A stretch of 64,000 nucleotides of DNA, taken from contig CAXXQS010000003.1 of the NCBI GenBank assembly GCA_963674735.2, positions 64,001 through 128,000 on the forward strand. Reading direction: 5' to 3'. Below the pieces are notes generated by a model. It worked only from the letters and a program-made list of their open reading frames with translations, was not told the DNA's origin and made no database searches. Below, one piece after another: positions 29,138 to 39,399 of the stretch. Position 1 is the first letter of the stretch, and every line of letters begins with the position of its first letter. This DNA comes from Myxococcota bacterium (lineage in GTDB: Bacteria; Myxococcota_A; SURF-8). Both the position numbers and the translations under genes were made by a program.

Positions 29138-31063
29138 TCATCTTTTTAAGATGAGAGGGAGTAGAACGTGTGAAGCATGGTCGGGTTCCCGATAGAATGT
29201 CAGATCGGGAGGCTCGGGGAGTATGGGGGCAAAGTGGTCAACATCGGCACCAGCGATCGAAATGCGGATGCGGTGGCCTTGCTTGAAAAGGTAAGAAGTC
29301 GGATAAAGGTCGAATATCAATTCGGATTTTTCGCCGGGGACAAGCGGTTCGCCGTCTTTGCGTAGAAAGCTGCGATACGGAACCGGGGTTCGGTAAGGCG
29401 GGGGAGCTTCACTCAGCTTCCGGTGCAGGGCGCGTAACATGCCCTCTGTTACATAGTGAACGCGCCCCTTTTCGTCGATATCTTCTAAGTATACGAAAAC
29501 AGAGGCGTCATCGGCTGAAGAGGCCATGATCAGCTTAACGATGGGGTGTCCGGTAACTTCCATATCAGTTTGCAGAATATCGGACGTATAACATAATAAT
29601 TTTGCATCGGCCTTTTTACGGTGTGGGTATTGGATGGGTTTATGATCGAGGTTGACCAGCGAGACCCAGCGGGATCGGGAACCGGTCGCGGCGCTCGGGT
29701 CCACTGTGTATTTGTCGAATCCGGACTCTTCGGGAGGATTTTGGCTCAGGGTGTTATTGGCACGCAAGTAGAAGGCGGTTGGTTTGGCTTCCGGAGGTGG
29801 CCAGGTATCGGCGGACTTCCAGCGTTCTTCGCCCATGGTAAAGTAGTGGACGGCTTTTTCTTCGGTGATGCCGGTTTCCAATCCTTTCAGATAATGATCG
29901 AAAAATCTTAAGATTTCGCGGCTTTCTTTGAAGAGAGGCTTACGCTTTCGGGCATAAGGGCTGATGTTGGTGTAGTTCCCATGATCCCAGGGACCGATGG
30001 TCAATTTTTTTTGTGGATCGTCGATGTTCATGAAAAGGTGAATTTCCGAACGCACGAATGACGCGTCGAACCAGCCGGTGTAAAAATAGTATGGAAGACC
30101 GGGTTGGTTGAGTTGGGCCAGACGGGTATGAGGGCTGATGGTATCGACGGTCAGTCCTGGAGCATGGGCCGATTCATCGTCCCGATAGACAATGCCGTCG
30201 GCTATGGTGGTGATGTCGCCGTTATGAGCATGCTCCTCGACGGCTTTTTCGAGTTGTTGGTGATTTTTATCGTCATCCACGGGACTTGTGCCGATAATTG
30301 CCAGGGTGGCTTTGGGGCCGACAAATTCTTCCGCACGATTTTTATCGATCGCTTTTGCCAATCTTCCCCATACATCCGATAACCAACTGAGGTGCAGACC
30401 ACCTGGAAATAAAACCTCGGGATAGACATCGAACATCGCATAGCGCGGCATAACTGCTTTGACGGCGGGATGTCCGGTTGTGGCAAGGAAGAGGGCGCTT
30501 CCGCCTGTGTAAGAGTTCCCAAAGGCACCCACACTGCCATCGGACCAAGTTTGCTCGGTGATCCAGTCGACGATCTCGTAGCCGTCTTGAGTTTCTTCTT
30601 TCGAGTAGGGATGGGGGCGTGTTCCAAAGCTAGCTCCGGAGCCGCGAGCATCGACATAAACCCAGGCGTAACCGTGACGGACCACTTCTTGGATCAGTTT
30701 ATGAAAGCGGCCTTTTACCAAGTGGTTGAAGGGCCAACGAAACTGCATGCGGCGGACGTAGCGGGTTTGCATGAGGATCGTCGGAACGTGTTCTCCAGCC
30801 TTCAACCCTTCCGGTAGGTACACATCCACCGCGATTTTAACACCATCGCGCATCGTGATGTAGCGTGAGCTCAGAGTTACGGCCTTGTATTCACGTTTGC
30901 TGCATTGGCACTCGGGATCATTCTGCCACCAGATGCGGTCTCCCTGCCAATGGGCACAAGCCGGGATGAACAGGATCGCCATCAGTAAAAAACCGGCTAG
31001 ATAAGCCGAACCACGATGTTTGGAAACGGCATGGTACATAGAGTGAAGCATGTTGGTTCTCAT
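29138..31063 (-). CDS. CocE/NonD family hydrolase (peptidase S15-like), probable lipoprotein
   Basis: MRDGVKIAVD, VDARGSGASFG, GNSYTG nucleophile, GWFD, GPWDH; IPAC lipobox; ATGA overlap with MFS gene. Confidence 0.92.
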   Translation of the reverse strand: MRTNMLHSMYHAVSKHRGSAYLAGFLLMAILFIPACAHWQGDRIWWQNDPECQCSKREYKAVTLSSRYITMRDGVKIAVDVYLPEGLKAGEHVPTILMQTRYVRRMQFRWPFNHLVKGRFHKLIQEVVRHGYAWVYVDARGSGASFGTRPHPYSKEETQDGYEIVDWITEQTWSDGSVGAFGNSYTGGSALFLATTGHPAVKAVMPRYAMFDVYPEVLFPGGLHLSWLSDVWGRLAKAIDKNRAEEFVGPKATLAIIGTSPVDDDKNHQQLEKAVEEHAHNGDITTIADGIVYRDDESAHAPGLTVDTISPHTRLAQLNQPGLPYYFYTGWFDASFVRSEIHLFMNIDDPQKKLTIGPWDHGNYTNISPYARKRKPLFKESREILRFFDHYLKGLETGITEEKAVHYFTMGEERWKSADTWPPPEAKPTAFYLRANNTLSQNPPEESGFDKYTVDPSAATGSRSRWVSLVNLDHKPIQYPHRKKADAKLLCYTSDILQTDMEVTGHPIVKLIMASSADDASVFVYLEDIDEKGRVHYVTEGMLRALHRKLSEAPPPYRTPVPYRSFLRKDGEPLVPGEKSELIFDLYPTSYLFKQGHRIRISIAGADVDHFAPILPEPPDLTFYREPDHASHVLLPLILKR

Positions 31064-32358
31064 GTTTCTACCTGTAGGTCAATGGCGCAGACTTTGTCGC
31101 AATCCGAGGCGTAAAAACGCGATCCGATCAAAAACAGAAATCCACCGATCAACGAAAAGATGGGAAGGATGGTCAGGGCTGTCTGAAGGTCGCTTGCATC
31201 GGAGATGGCTCCGACAAAAATCGGGCCGATCGAACTGCCCAGTATATGCATGACGATGACGTTCAGGCTGTATGAAGTGGCACGGAGTCCCGGATGGACC
31301 ACATCCTGCGTTACGGCGGCAATGCCGGGAACGAACATGGAGGCGAAAATTCCGGCCAGGAGTGCAACCAGGTATTGCGCGGTCCCGGAGAACAAGGCGA
31401 AGGCGGCGAACAAGAAAAAGCCGGTCAACGCCGAGGTAATGGCTCCGAACACCATGCGAGCATTACGCCGTTTTCGTCCCCAGCGGTCGGCCAGATAACC
31501 TCCCAAGGGCGCTCCGATAATGGCCATAGCCATCACCGCTCCACCTTTGATTCCGGCTTGGCTCATCGGGATGCCTTCTGTACGACAGTAGAAAGTCGGG
31601 AGCCAACTCATAAAGGCAGAGGTGACGAACATGTTGGCGGCGAAACCGAAGTAGGCAAACAGAAGGGAATATGTTCCGAGGAATTGCCGTGCAATTTGTT
31701 TGTAATTGGATTGTGTGCAGCTTCCGGTTGCTTCTGCCTTTTGAACGGGAGCCAACTCTACGGTTTTATAATCGCGAACGAAGAAAAATAGAATGGCAAC
31801 GAGCATGCCGGGGATGGCGACGATCCCGAAAGCGTGGCGCCACCCCCATGTCTCGGCAATAAATCCGCCAAGGGCGATGCCGAGGGCCGAGCCGAGCGGG
31901 ATCGAGGCGTTCCAGAATCCCATGATCTGAGCGCGAGTTTCTTTGGGAAACAAGGCGCTGATCATGGCGGTGCCGCCTGGGGCATAGCCGGCTTCACCTA
32001 TTCCGATGGCGGCGCGGGCAGTAAAGAGTTGTGAAAAGCTTCGCGTATAGGCGCAGGAGGCGGTTGCCAAACTCCAGAGGACCGCCATCAGACCGATACT
32101 GTTTTTTCGGCTCCAGCGGTCGATTAAAATAGAGACGGGAAAAGCAAAAAGCAGGATCGACCAATAAACGGCTGATACCAATGCTCCGCACTGGGTGTCG
32201 GAAAGGCTCCATTCCGCCTTGATGAAAGGGAAGAGCGAAACGACAATCTGACGATCAATATAATCGAACATGTATAAGAGAAACAATAGCCCGAAAACAT
32301 AGTAAGAGTAACCCTTGGAAACCAAATATCCATCTGGATTTCGGGAGTTTGTCGTCAT
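31060..32358 (-). CDS. MFS transporter, Spinster-like
   Basis: FDYIDRQ, DRWSRK, R..IGIGEAGY.P, G.LADR; 12 TM helices. Confidence 0.9.
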   Translation of the reverse strand: MTTNSRNPDGYLVSKGYSYYVFGLLFLLYMFDYIDRQIVVSLFPFIKAEWSLSDTQCGALVSAVYWSILLFAFPVSILIDRWSRKNSIGLMAVLWSLATASCAYTRSFSQLFTARAAIGIGEAGYAPGGTAMISALFPKETRAQIMGFWNASIPLGSALGIALGGFIAETWGWRHAFGIVAIPGMLVAILFFFVRDYKTVELAPVQKAEATGSCTQSNYKQIARQFLGTYSLLFAYFGFAANMFVTSAFMSWLPTFYCRTEGIPMSQAGIKGGAVMAMAIIGAPLGGYLADRWGRKRRNARMVFGAITSALTGFFLFAAFALFSGTAQYLVALLAGIFASMFVPGIAAVTQDVVHPGLRATSYSLNVIVMHILGSSIGPIFVGAISDASDLQTALTILPIFSLIGGFLFLIGSRFYASDCDKVCAIDLQVET

Positions 32359-32493
32359 ACTTCTTTATTCCTGCTCAAACGACGGATCAATTAACGAGTT
32401 CAAGAGTAAAGCGAAAAAGTCTATCTGCAAGGCGACTCCCGGCATCCGGTTCTCCTCCTTTCGAAAAGGAGATCCGCTGTCCGTGGTTAGAAG

Positions 32494-32527
32494 AAAAACG
32501 GGGCGGCAAATGCCGCCCCGAGTTTTT
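32494..32527 (-). terminator. Rho-independent terminator (possibly bidirectional)
   Basis: AAAAA-CGGGGCGGCA-AA-TGCCGCCCCG-AGTTTTT. Confidence 0.8.
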
Positions 32528-32535
32528 GAGAATGA

Positions 32536-34230
32536 TTATTTTCCGTAAGCGCCGACGTTGGCCAAGGCAATCGAGCCCGGACTGACCGTGGTGGGATCGG
32601 TCATTACGTTGATCATGGCCGGTTTTCCGGAGGCGAAAGCCTTTTCCATGGCGGGTTTGATGTCTTCGGGCTTTTCGACATAATAGCCTTCGCAACCGAG
32701 GGCTTCGACCATCTTGTGGTAAGGAACTTCGCCGATCCAGGTGCCGTCGGGAATCGCATGACCCATGCGCAGTTCCTGGCTGTGGCGAATCATACCCCAG
32801 CCGAGATCGTTGCTGACCACGACGACGATCGGCAGTTTTTTACGCAGGGCGGTCTCGAACTCCATGAAGTTGAATCCCAAAGATCCATCGCCGGTAATCA
32901 GGCAGACACGGCTTTCAGGGTGGCGAAGTTTGGCCGCGTTGGCGAAAGGCAGCCCGACGCCCAAACAGCCATAAAGGCCGGAATCGAAGTAGTGGGCCGG
33001 TTTTTGTACGGTGCGAGTCATTCCCATCCAAACCTGGGTGTCGCCTCCATCCGCCACGACGATGTCATTCTCGTTCGACATGAAGTCGTTGACTTCTTTT
33101 GCCAGTCGCAGGGGATGGATGGGAATGTTGTTGCTTTCAAAGTTTTGCTTCTCGATGTCCTTGCCCATCTGGTCGGTTGCAACAAGCTGCTCGACCCAGG
33201 GCTGGAATTTGGTTTTGAAGCCTTCGGCAAGCTTCTTTTCCTCCACTTTGCGATTACAAGCAGCTAAAAGCCCTTGAATATCGGAGAAGATCGGCAGATC
33301 GACCGAACGGTTGCGACCGATCTCATCGGGTTGGATATCGACCTGTACGATTTTGGCATCCTGGCCGATCAGGTTGCCGAACATGTAGAACAAGCTCACG
33401 CGGTTGCCGAGGAAGATGACCAGGTCGGACATCGCCTGCGCCGTCAAAGACGCGCCCGGTCGGGTTGCGATCGAAGACTCGAAGCAAAGCGGATGTTTGT
33501 CGGACATCAAACCACGGCCTAAGCCCATGGTGAAGACCGGTAGGTTGCAGCTTTCGGAGAAGCGAGTCAGTTCGGCTCCGGCATCGGCGTACCAAGCTCC
33601 GTTTCCGGCCAGCAGAATCGGCTGGTTAGCGGATTCGATCAGCTCCAGCAGTTTGTCGGCTCCTTCGAGATCGACCGGATGTGAGTTCAACAGGGTGTTC
33701 GAGTTGTAAACAGAGCCTTCTTCTACGTTGGCATTGAGAACATCGACCGGTAATTCCAGGTAAACCGGGCCCGGACGTCCGGTGCAGGCGGTTCGGTATG
33801 CCATGTCGATAAATTCCGGAATACGTTCTGCCGTATGGCATACGTAAGCTTTTTTAACCATCGGTTCGATGATGGGCGCTTGCGGCATATCTTGCAGATC
33901 GAGCTTTTCGCATGCGCTCACACCCACGCAGCCCGATATGAGCAGCAGGGGCGAATTGGCTTGTTTGGCGTTGGCGACTCCGCTTAGGGCATTGGTGAAT
34001 CCAGGACCGGCGGTTACCATCGCAATGCCGGGTTTGCGAGTCATTCGCCCCCAAGCCTCAGCCATAAAAACCGCGGCCTGTTCGTGACGTGTATCGAAAA
34101 GACGAACACCCGTATCTTCAAGGAATTGATAGATGGGGGTAATGTGGCCACCACTTAGGGTAAAGATCGTTTCAACTTCTTTTTCAAGCAACGCTTTTGC
34201 TACCAACTGAGCGCCCATAACTGTCGTCAT
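32536..34230 (-). CDS. Thiamine-diphosphate-dependent enzyme (IlvB / 2-hydroxyacyl-CoA lyase / oxalyl-CoA decarboxylase-like)
   Basis: FTLSGGHI, RHEQAA, TAGPGFTN, GRPGPVYLELP, GCLGVG, GDGS...N TPP motif; ATG 34230 with GGAGG. Confidence 0.92.
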   Translation of the reverse strand: MTTVMGAQLVAKALLEKEVETIFTLSGGHITPIYQFLEDTGVRLFDTRHEQAAVFMAEAWGRMTRKPGIAMVTAGPGFTNALSGVANAKQANSPLLLISGCVGVSACEKLDLQDMPQAPIIEPMVKKAYVCHTAERIPEFIDMAYRTACTGRPGPVYLELPVDVLNANVEEGSVYNSNTLLNSHPVDLEGADKLLELIESANQPILLAGNGAWYADAGAELTRFSESCNLPVFTMGLGRGLMSDKHPLCFESSIATRPGASLTAQAMSDLVIFLGNRVSLFYMFGNLIGQDAKIVQVDIQPDEIGRNRSVDLPIFSDIQGLLAACNRKVEEKKLAEGFKTKFQPWVEQLVATDQMGKDIEKQNFESNNIPIHPLRLAKEVNDFMSNENDIVVADGGDTQVWMGMTRTVQKPAHYFDSGLYGCLGVGLPFANAAKLRHPESRVCLITGDGSLGFNFMEFETALRKKLPIVVVVSNDLGWGMIRHSQELRMGHAIPDGTWIGEVPYHKMVEALGCEGYYVEKPEDIKPAMEKAFASGKPAMINVMTDPTTVSPGSIALANVGAYGK

Positions 34231-34330
34231 AGCCAACCTCCTGCTATTCGAAAATGATTGATTAACCTTATAAACCGTGAGGATCAGCATTTCAAGTAAA
34301 TATCCGAATTTGCAAAATCGTTTTACGAAA

Positions 34331-34359
34331 TTGACAACCCAAAATATTTGCGATAGATT
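34331..34359 (+). promoter_or_regulatory. Putative sigma70 promoter of C45-like operon
   Basis: TTGACA-N17-TAGATT, about 190 bp upstream of ATG 34546. Confidence 0.6.
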
Positions 34360-34545
34360 GACTTCCGTATCAGGTTTTGCGTCACGTTTCGATGAAATAA
34401 ATTCGGCTCACAGCGGTTGTATGAATTCTAGCCAAGGTGGCGGTTTGCACCCGCGTATTCGATAAATGCTTATAGCGGTGCGCGACGGGTCTATTTGGAT
34501 CTGCCGTGTTTTTTTAAGTCCCTACAAGTGTCAAGAGGAGTCGGT

Positions 34546-37038
34546 ATGCAGTGGCGAATAATGGGGGGGGTCGTTTTTTTATTTGTGCTTGTTTGCGGGA
34601 TAAATGCTTGTGAGGAAACACAGAAGCCGCCCACTGCTCATACCATCGTGTTGAAGGGAAGCGCGTATGACCGCGGATTCGAACATGGCAAAACCTTCAG
34701 CAGTCATATCCACTCCATCTATACGCGCTTGCTTACTTCCTCAATAATTCCTTACCTCAATCGCGAGCAGATGAACATTGCACCCATCCTTAACAAGTAC
34801 AAGGAAGTGCAATTTCTCGATGGCCGCTTCTCCTATCAAATGATGTTGGAGAGCGGCAAACTTATGTATGATTACTACATCCCTGATGAATATCGCGAAG
34901 AGATGCGGGGTATTGCCGATGGCTCGGGCCTCAGCCTGGATGAAGTCATCGTGCTGAATACCTTCTACGATACCATGATGGGCTTTCGTGCTGTGGTGAC
35001 TTTTATCCAGAACATTCAAGAGCCGGTGATCCGGAATCTTGAGGTGACCAATGCGGCCGATACGGATACCATCGACAATAATGGTGATGGCCAAGTGGAC
35101 GAAGCCGATGAGTGGTTAGTTGAACCTTATTTGCCTTCACCCTATGCGACGCTCGTGGAAGTACCCCTTGATGCCGAATTCCGGTTTTTGTTAGACGATC
35201 CGCGTCTAGGCGGCATGACGTACATCGACCCGCGCAACACGGAACCGTTTGGTGAGATGGTTTTCGGAGCAGACTGTATCGACGAAACTTGTCTCAGCCC
35301 GGAATGCAGTAAGCAATCCGGCTATCCTCTCGAATGCCTGGATCCACGTTATCGCGAAGAGGGATGCTATTCTGACGTTTGCTTCGATAATGATTGCGCG
35401 CCCAGGGAAGTGATTCCGGACTGTTATGACGGTCGCTGCCTGAAACGCGAGAAAGACGACTGTGCGTATCTAAGCCATGATTCCGACTGTTACCAGTCAG
35501 GTTGTATGTCGGAGGAATGCATTCCACATATTGTGGAGCCCGACTGTTACTCAGAGGCGTGCTTTGCCGATCAATGCATGCCTTTACGTGATCAGATCGT
35601 TTTGTACCCGCGCCTCAATATCAGTTGTCTTAAAGAATCATGCGTTCAGAATTCGGATCCGGGTTGCGTGAATAAGGATTCGATTCGAATCCGGGTCGAC
35701 CAGACGCAATATACCATCGCCGACGGATCCATTACTACGCGACAACTCGAAGAAGAGCAGGAAGGTGGGCTGATCGATTCCTCGGGCTCGGAATGTAAAG
35801 GGCCTTTGGAGGTGATTTTCCGGCCACCGGGTGGGCTGCCGCCTGCGGCTGAAGTGACCCTCCTTATCCAGGCCAGCGACATGTCGCCCATTTATAGCCC
35901 GGAGCCGTATCACAATCGCAATATGCGTGATGAACGTATTGTCATTACCACCAAAGGCTATGCCGAAAAATACGGTAAAGGCCAGGTTCCCCGCGAAATC
36001 GGAAATCGCGGCGTTTCCGATTCGTCCATGATGCCGCCCTCTATCAGCTTTGCGGCGCGTGGTTCGGCCACCCCCGATGGCGACCCGATTTTAGCCCACC
36101 ATTTTTCCTTGCTCGACAATGACATGATGCATGAGCATTCGTTGCTGCAGATCCATGTTCCGGAAAACGGCACTCCCCATGCCTTTTTAGGGTGGACGGG
36201 GTTGGTGTGGGGCTTCTCGGGTATGAATTCAGAAGGACTGGCTTATGCCGTCAATAACTCCGATTCGCTTGATAATCCACTGGTGGGTCGTACCCTTGAC
36301 GCCATCTTCGAGAATATCGGAGATCTGATCGCCGATCCGAATCTGGAGGGTCTGGCCGAAGCCTTGCAATCGGTAAGACTTCTCGCTTCGGGTACTGCGA
36401 TTGGCTTTGCTGCGCGTGAATTGTTGCAGAACAAAACAACGGTAGATGAGGGCATTCACTATTTGCATAGCATCGCGCACACTTACGGCTGGAACGTTTT
36501 ACTAGCCGATGCCGAGGGAGGGCTTGCTGCCGTTGAAATCGATGCCGGTACGCAGTCCACAACACCCTATGATCCGGACGTGCTCGGCGAACGCGACGGA
36601 TTTTACTATTACACCCCCGACGACAGCAATCCCCAGAATCTCGATGCGCAAGGACAACGTTGGAGTAGCGTCGGACCCGACGACCTGCGCATGGCCAGCC
36701 ACTATCGGAAGAATATTGAGGATATGGAAGAGATTCCTTTGATGCAAATATTCTCTCCGCGCCAGCAATACAAATGGACGGGCTTCTACTTCCGCTCCCT
36801 TCGTTCATACTACATTCTAGGCGATCGCATCGAAGAGAAGTTGGGGTCGATAGATGTTTCAACCGCCATCGATATTCTGCGCACACCGGAATTGGTCGAC
36901 ACGCGTGACTCGATGAGTTCGGTGGTTTTCGAACCGGCCAAGAAGCGTTTTCATTGGGCCATGGGTGATGTGCCGGCGACAGGCCTTCCATATGAACCCT
37001 TCGACTTTAGTACCGACATGGAAGGGGGGACGCCATGA
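34546..37038 (+). CDS. Peptidase C45 / Ntn-hydrolase-like lipoprotein with large Cys-rich insertion
   Basis: INAC lipobox; LKGSAYDRGFEHG, EEMRGIADG...LN (alpha part); SFAARGSATPDG, G..G.FSGMNSEGL, GWNVLLAD, SVVFEP (beta part). Confidence 0.8.
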   Translation: MQWRIMGGVVFLFVLVCGINACEETQKPPTAHTIVLKGSAYDRGFEHGKTFSSHIHSIYTRLLTSSIIPYLNREQMNIAPILNKYKEVQFLDGRFSYQMMLESGKLMYDYYIPDEYREEMRGIADGSGLSLDEVIVLNTFYDTMMGFRAVVTFIQNIQEPVIRNLEVTNAADTDTIDNNGDGQVDEADEWLVEPYLPSPYATLVEVPLDAEFRFLLDDPRLGGMTYIDPRNTEPFGEMVFGADCIDETCLSPECSKQSGYPLECLDPRYREEGCYSDVCFDNDCAPREVIPDCYDGRCLKREKDDCAYLSHDSDCYQSGCMSEECIPHIVEPDCYSEACFADQCMPLRDQIVLYPRLNISCLKESCVQNSDPGCVNKDSIRIRVDQTQYTIADGSITTRQLEEEQEGGLIDSSGSECKGPLEVIFRPPGGLPPAAEVTLLIQASDMSPIYSPEPYHNRNMRDERIVITTKGYAEKYGKGQVPREIGNRGVSDSSMMPPSISFAARGSATPDGDPILAHHFSLLDNDMMHEHSLLQIHVPENGTPHAFLGWTGLVWGFSGMNSEGLAYAVNNSDSLDNPLVGRTLDAIFENIGDLIADPNLEGLAEALQSVRLLASGTAIGFAARELLQNKTTVDEGIHYLHSIAHTYGWNVLLADAEGGLAAVEIDAGTQSTTPYDPDVLGERDGFYYYTPDDSNPQNLDAQGQRWSSVGPDDLRMASHYRKNIEDMEEIPLMQIFSPRQQYKWTGFYFRSLRSYYILGDRIEEKLGSIDVSTAIDILRTPELVDTRDSMSSVVFEPAKKRFHWAMGDVPATGLPYEPFDFSTDMEGGTP
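35275..35667 (+). repeat. Coding Cys-rich repeat, C-x4-C-x4-C units
   Basis: CIDETCLSPEC, CYSDVCFDNDC, CYDGRC, CYQSGCMSEEC, CYSEACFADQC, CLKESC; 19 Cys in 131 aa. Confidence 0.8.
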
Positions 37039-38276
37039 CCGGGAGAAGAAACAACAAATCTTTGAATGTTCGGGCGTTTTGGCTTGCCTTGGTCTTCTGT
37101 CTCCTATGGTCGCCGCAACTGATGGCGGGGTTCACCGAAACCCTGCCCATGAGCACCTTTTTGATCGATGAAGCTTTCACGATCAGTTGGGTCGATAAAC
37201 GCTGGGATAACAACGGCGACGGTGCTGCGTTGGTGGATTCCGTCGAACGCTTCGAGCCGGGAGGCGGTAGACAAGGGGAAATCATTCCCGAACCCAAGGC
37301 GACCTATATGGTTCTCATCAACCGTTTGCAATACGGTATTCTGGATGATCTCACCTTTGGTATTGGGATACCGGTTGTGATCGCGACGGATGTCGATCCC
37401 AACATCAAATGGGAAACGGGTGATTACCAAAGGCAGATCGGGCGCTCCTACAGCGAGGATGACTTCTGGGCCTGGGCCGAGAGCATGGGGCAGCCGCGCA
37501 TTGACTCATGGAGCGGTAACAAAGGGGAGTTGTCCGATATCGTTTTAGGCTTGCGTTTTCGCTGGACGCACCGAATTCCGGTGTTCAAGGAGATCGGCCT
37601 GCAAAGTGCCTTGTCCGTCCTCGGCGTCATTCCCACCGGTAAACATGCCGATCCCGAAGAACTGGTTGCGGTAGGCACCACCATGTGGGATCTGAATTTC
37701 CAGGGTGATCTGGCTTTCCATCTCTCGTTCGACAAATCCTTCGAGGAAGAACTGGATGGACGTCTGCAGATCGGGTTGGACCTTTTTTACGAAACATTCT
37801 TCGACCGTGAGCTTACATCTGCGACCGGTGAGAAAAATCCCTTGATGCGAAATTTCGCTCCGTATATCGGGGAAAACTACACAGTCAATCCCGGTGACTT
37901 CAGCGGCTTCGGTGTGATGATCGATACGGTTCCCTACAAAGGGCCCGCCTGGGCAACTTGGTTAGTGGGGCATGATCCCGAGAAAGCGAAAGCGTTACCC
38001 CCGATTCTCACTTTGTCGGTCGGGTATACGTTCGTACATCTGCAACAATCGGACTGGAGCTCTGAATTTCCCCTCTGGGACTACGATCAAGAGGAACTGT
38101 GGAAACCCGGCTATAAAAACATTCTTTCCGCACAAGTGATGGTCAGCTTCCTGCGGTTGGGTGTGCCGCTACGTGTTTACGTGCAACACCGTAGCCTCTC
38201 GTTGATTCCGGGGAAAAACGCGCGGGCTCCGGAAGTTTTGACTACGGGGATCCAGATTCCGCTGAAGTTCTGGTAG
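37035..38276 (+). CDS. Putative outer-membrane beta-barrel/transporter-like protein
   Basis: Signal peptide; LQYGILDDLTFGIGIP and GELSDIVLGLRFR...PTG motifs as in MetA-pathway-type barrels; C-terminal aromatic residues; ATGA overlap with upstream gene. Confidence 0.6.
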   Translation: MTGRRNNKSLNVRAFWLALVFCLLWSPQLMAGFTETLPMSTFLIDEAFTISWVDKRWDNNGDGAALVDSVERFEPGGGRQGEIIPEPKATYMVLINRLQYGILDDLTFGIGIPVVIATDVDPNIKWETGDYQRQIGRSYSEDDFWAWAESMGQPRIDSWSGNKGELSDIVLGLRFRWTHRIPVFKEIGLQSALSVLGVIPTGKHADPEELVAVGTTMWDLNFQGDLAFHLSFDKSFEEELDGRLQIGLDLFYETFFDRELTSATGEKNPLMRNFAPYIGENYTVNPGDFSGFGVMIDTVPYKGPAWATWLVGHDPEKAKALPPILTLSVGYTFVHLQQSDWSSEFPLWDYDQEELWKPGYKNILSAQVMVSFLRLGVPLRVYVQHRSLSLIPGKNARAPEVLTTGIQIPLKFW

Positions 38277-38302
38277 CCGGTTCGCGCGGGACGGGTTTTG
38301 AG

Positions 38303-38343
38303 AAAAAAACCGCCGAAACCTGTGAGGGTAACGGCGGTTTTTC
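38303..38343. terminator. Bidirectional terminator between convergent genes
   Basis: AAAAAAACCGCCG...CGGCGGTTTTT. Confidence 0.75.
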
Positions 38344-38412
38344 TGTCTTGTACAACCAGTAGAAGGGTGAGGAGTCGACTTTTACCGTGGAAATCCTCCT
38401 CTAGGCCAATTG

Positions 38413-39399
38413 TCAGTTGATATGGCCGTATGTACGCAAGCTGGCAATACTCTCTTTGATTCCGATGTGTGTGGGAGTTTGAGGCATGCCAAGCTCTTGT
38501 ATCGCTTTCTGAGGGCTGTAGTAGGTGCCGCATAGCGACAGCTTTGCCATGGTATAATTCAGGGCAACCGGTTTGTGCGTAATGGCGTGTACTACCGACC
38601 CTACGGCTCCGGCGGCTAAAAGAGCCGCTTTTGGGAGAATGCGTTTGGGGGGTTCGATTCCTGCTTGACGTGCCACCTCCGAGAAAAAGTCGAGGTAAGT
38701 CATGTTTGTGCCGCCGCCGATGTAGCATTCACCGGCGCGACCTTTTTCTACGGCCGCCACCAAGGCGTCGGCAACATCGGGGGCATAGGCGAAATTACGT
38801 CCTCCTGGAGAGGTAACGCTCATTTTTTTCGAAATAAACTGGCGCAGCAACTCACCAGAGCTGGGTCGGAAATCCAGATTGCCGAGCATGAACGTCGGCG
38901 AGACCGTCGTGGCTTCGAGGCCGTCTTCGCGCACCGCTTTGAGGACTTCCTGCATGGCGGCATATTTGGATTCCATATATGGAACCTCTCGATAAGCCTG
39001 TGGGAAGGGGGCGGTTTCGTTTGCTGGACTATCCATGGTGCCATACTGATAGGAACTGGCAGAACCAACGAAAACGAGTTTGTCGACCCCGGCTTTTTTG
39101 ATGGCTTCCAGCACGTGCAGGGTGCCGTCGTAGTTGACTTTCCAGGTAATATCCTTAGGCGCCCAGAAGTTGGTGATGGCGGCGACATGAAAAACAACCT
39201 GACAATCCTGCATGGCTTTCGCTAGAAACTCCGGTCCATCCAGCAAATCGCCATCCATTTTCTCGATAGGTAGATCATCCAGGGTTGGGGAGTCGCTGTT
39301 GGGCTGTACCAACACCCGGACGTTGTATGACGCATTGAGAAGCTTTCTTACCAAATGACTTCCCAGAAGTCCGTCACCACCGATAATAAGCGCGCGCAT
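38413..39399 (-). CDS. NAD-dependent epimerase/dehydratase (extended SDR, HpnA/dihydroflavonol reductase-like)
   Basis: GGDGLLG, VFHVAA, YMESK (YxxxK), G..GECYI. Confidence 0.9.
   Translation of the reverse strand: MRALIIGGDGLLGSHLVRKLLNASYNVRVLVQPNSDSPTLDDLPIEKMDGDLLDGPEFLAKAMQDCQVVFHVAAITNFWAPKDITWKVNYDGTLHVLEAIKKAGVDKLVFVGSASSYQYGTMDSPANETAPFPQAYREVPYMESKYAAMQEVLKAVREDGLEATTVSPTFMLGNLDFRPSSGELLRQFISKKMSVTSPGGRNFAYAPDVADALVAAVEKGRAGECYIGGGTNMTYLDFFSEVARQAGIEPPKRILPKAALLAAGAVGSVVHAITHKPVALNYTMAKLSLCGTYYSPQKAIQELGMPQTPTHIGIKESIASLRTYGHIN

Noticed and set aside
34366-34545. Long leader between TPP-enzyme and C45 genes as TPP or cobalamin riboswitch
   Set aside because: No recognisable consensus elements (e.g. 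CUGAGA of TPP, B12 box) on either strand
38413-39399. HpnA-like SDR plus HpnI-like GT and radical SAM as a hopanoid cluster
   Set aside because: Genes are scattered over 25 kb in separate units and no squalene synthase or cyclase is present
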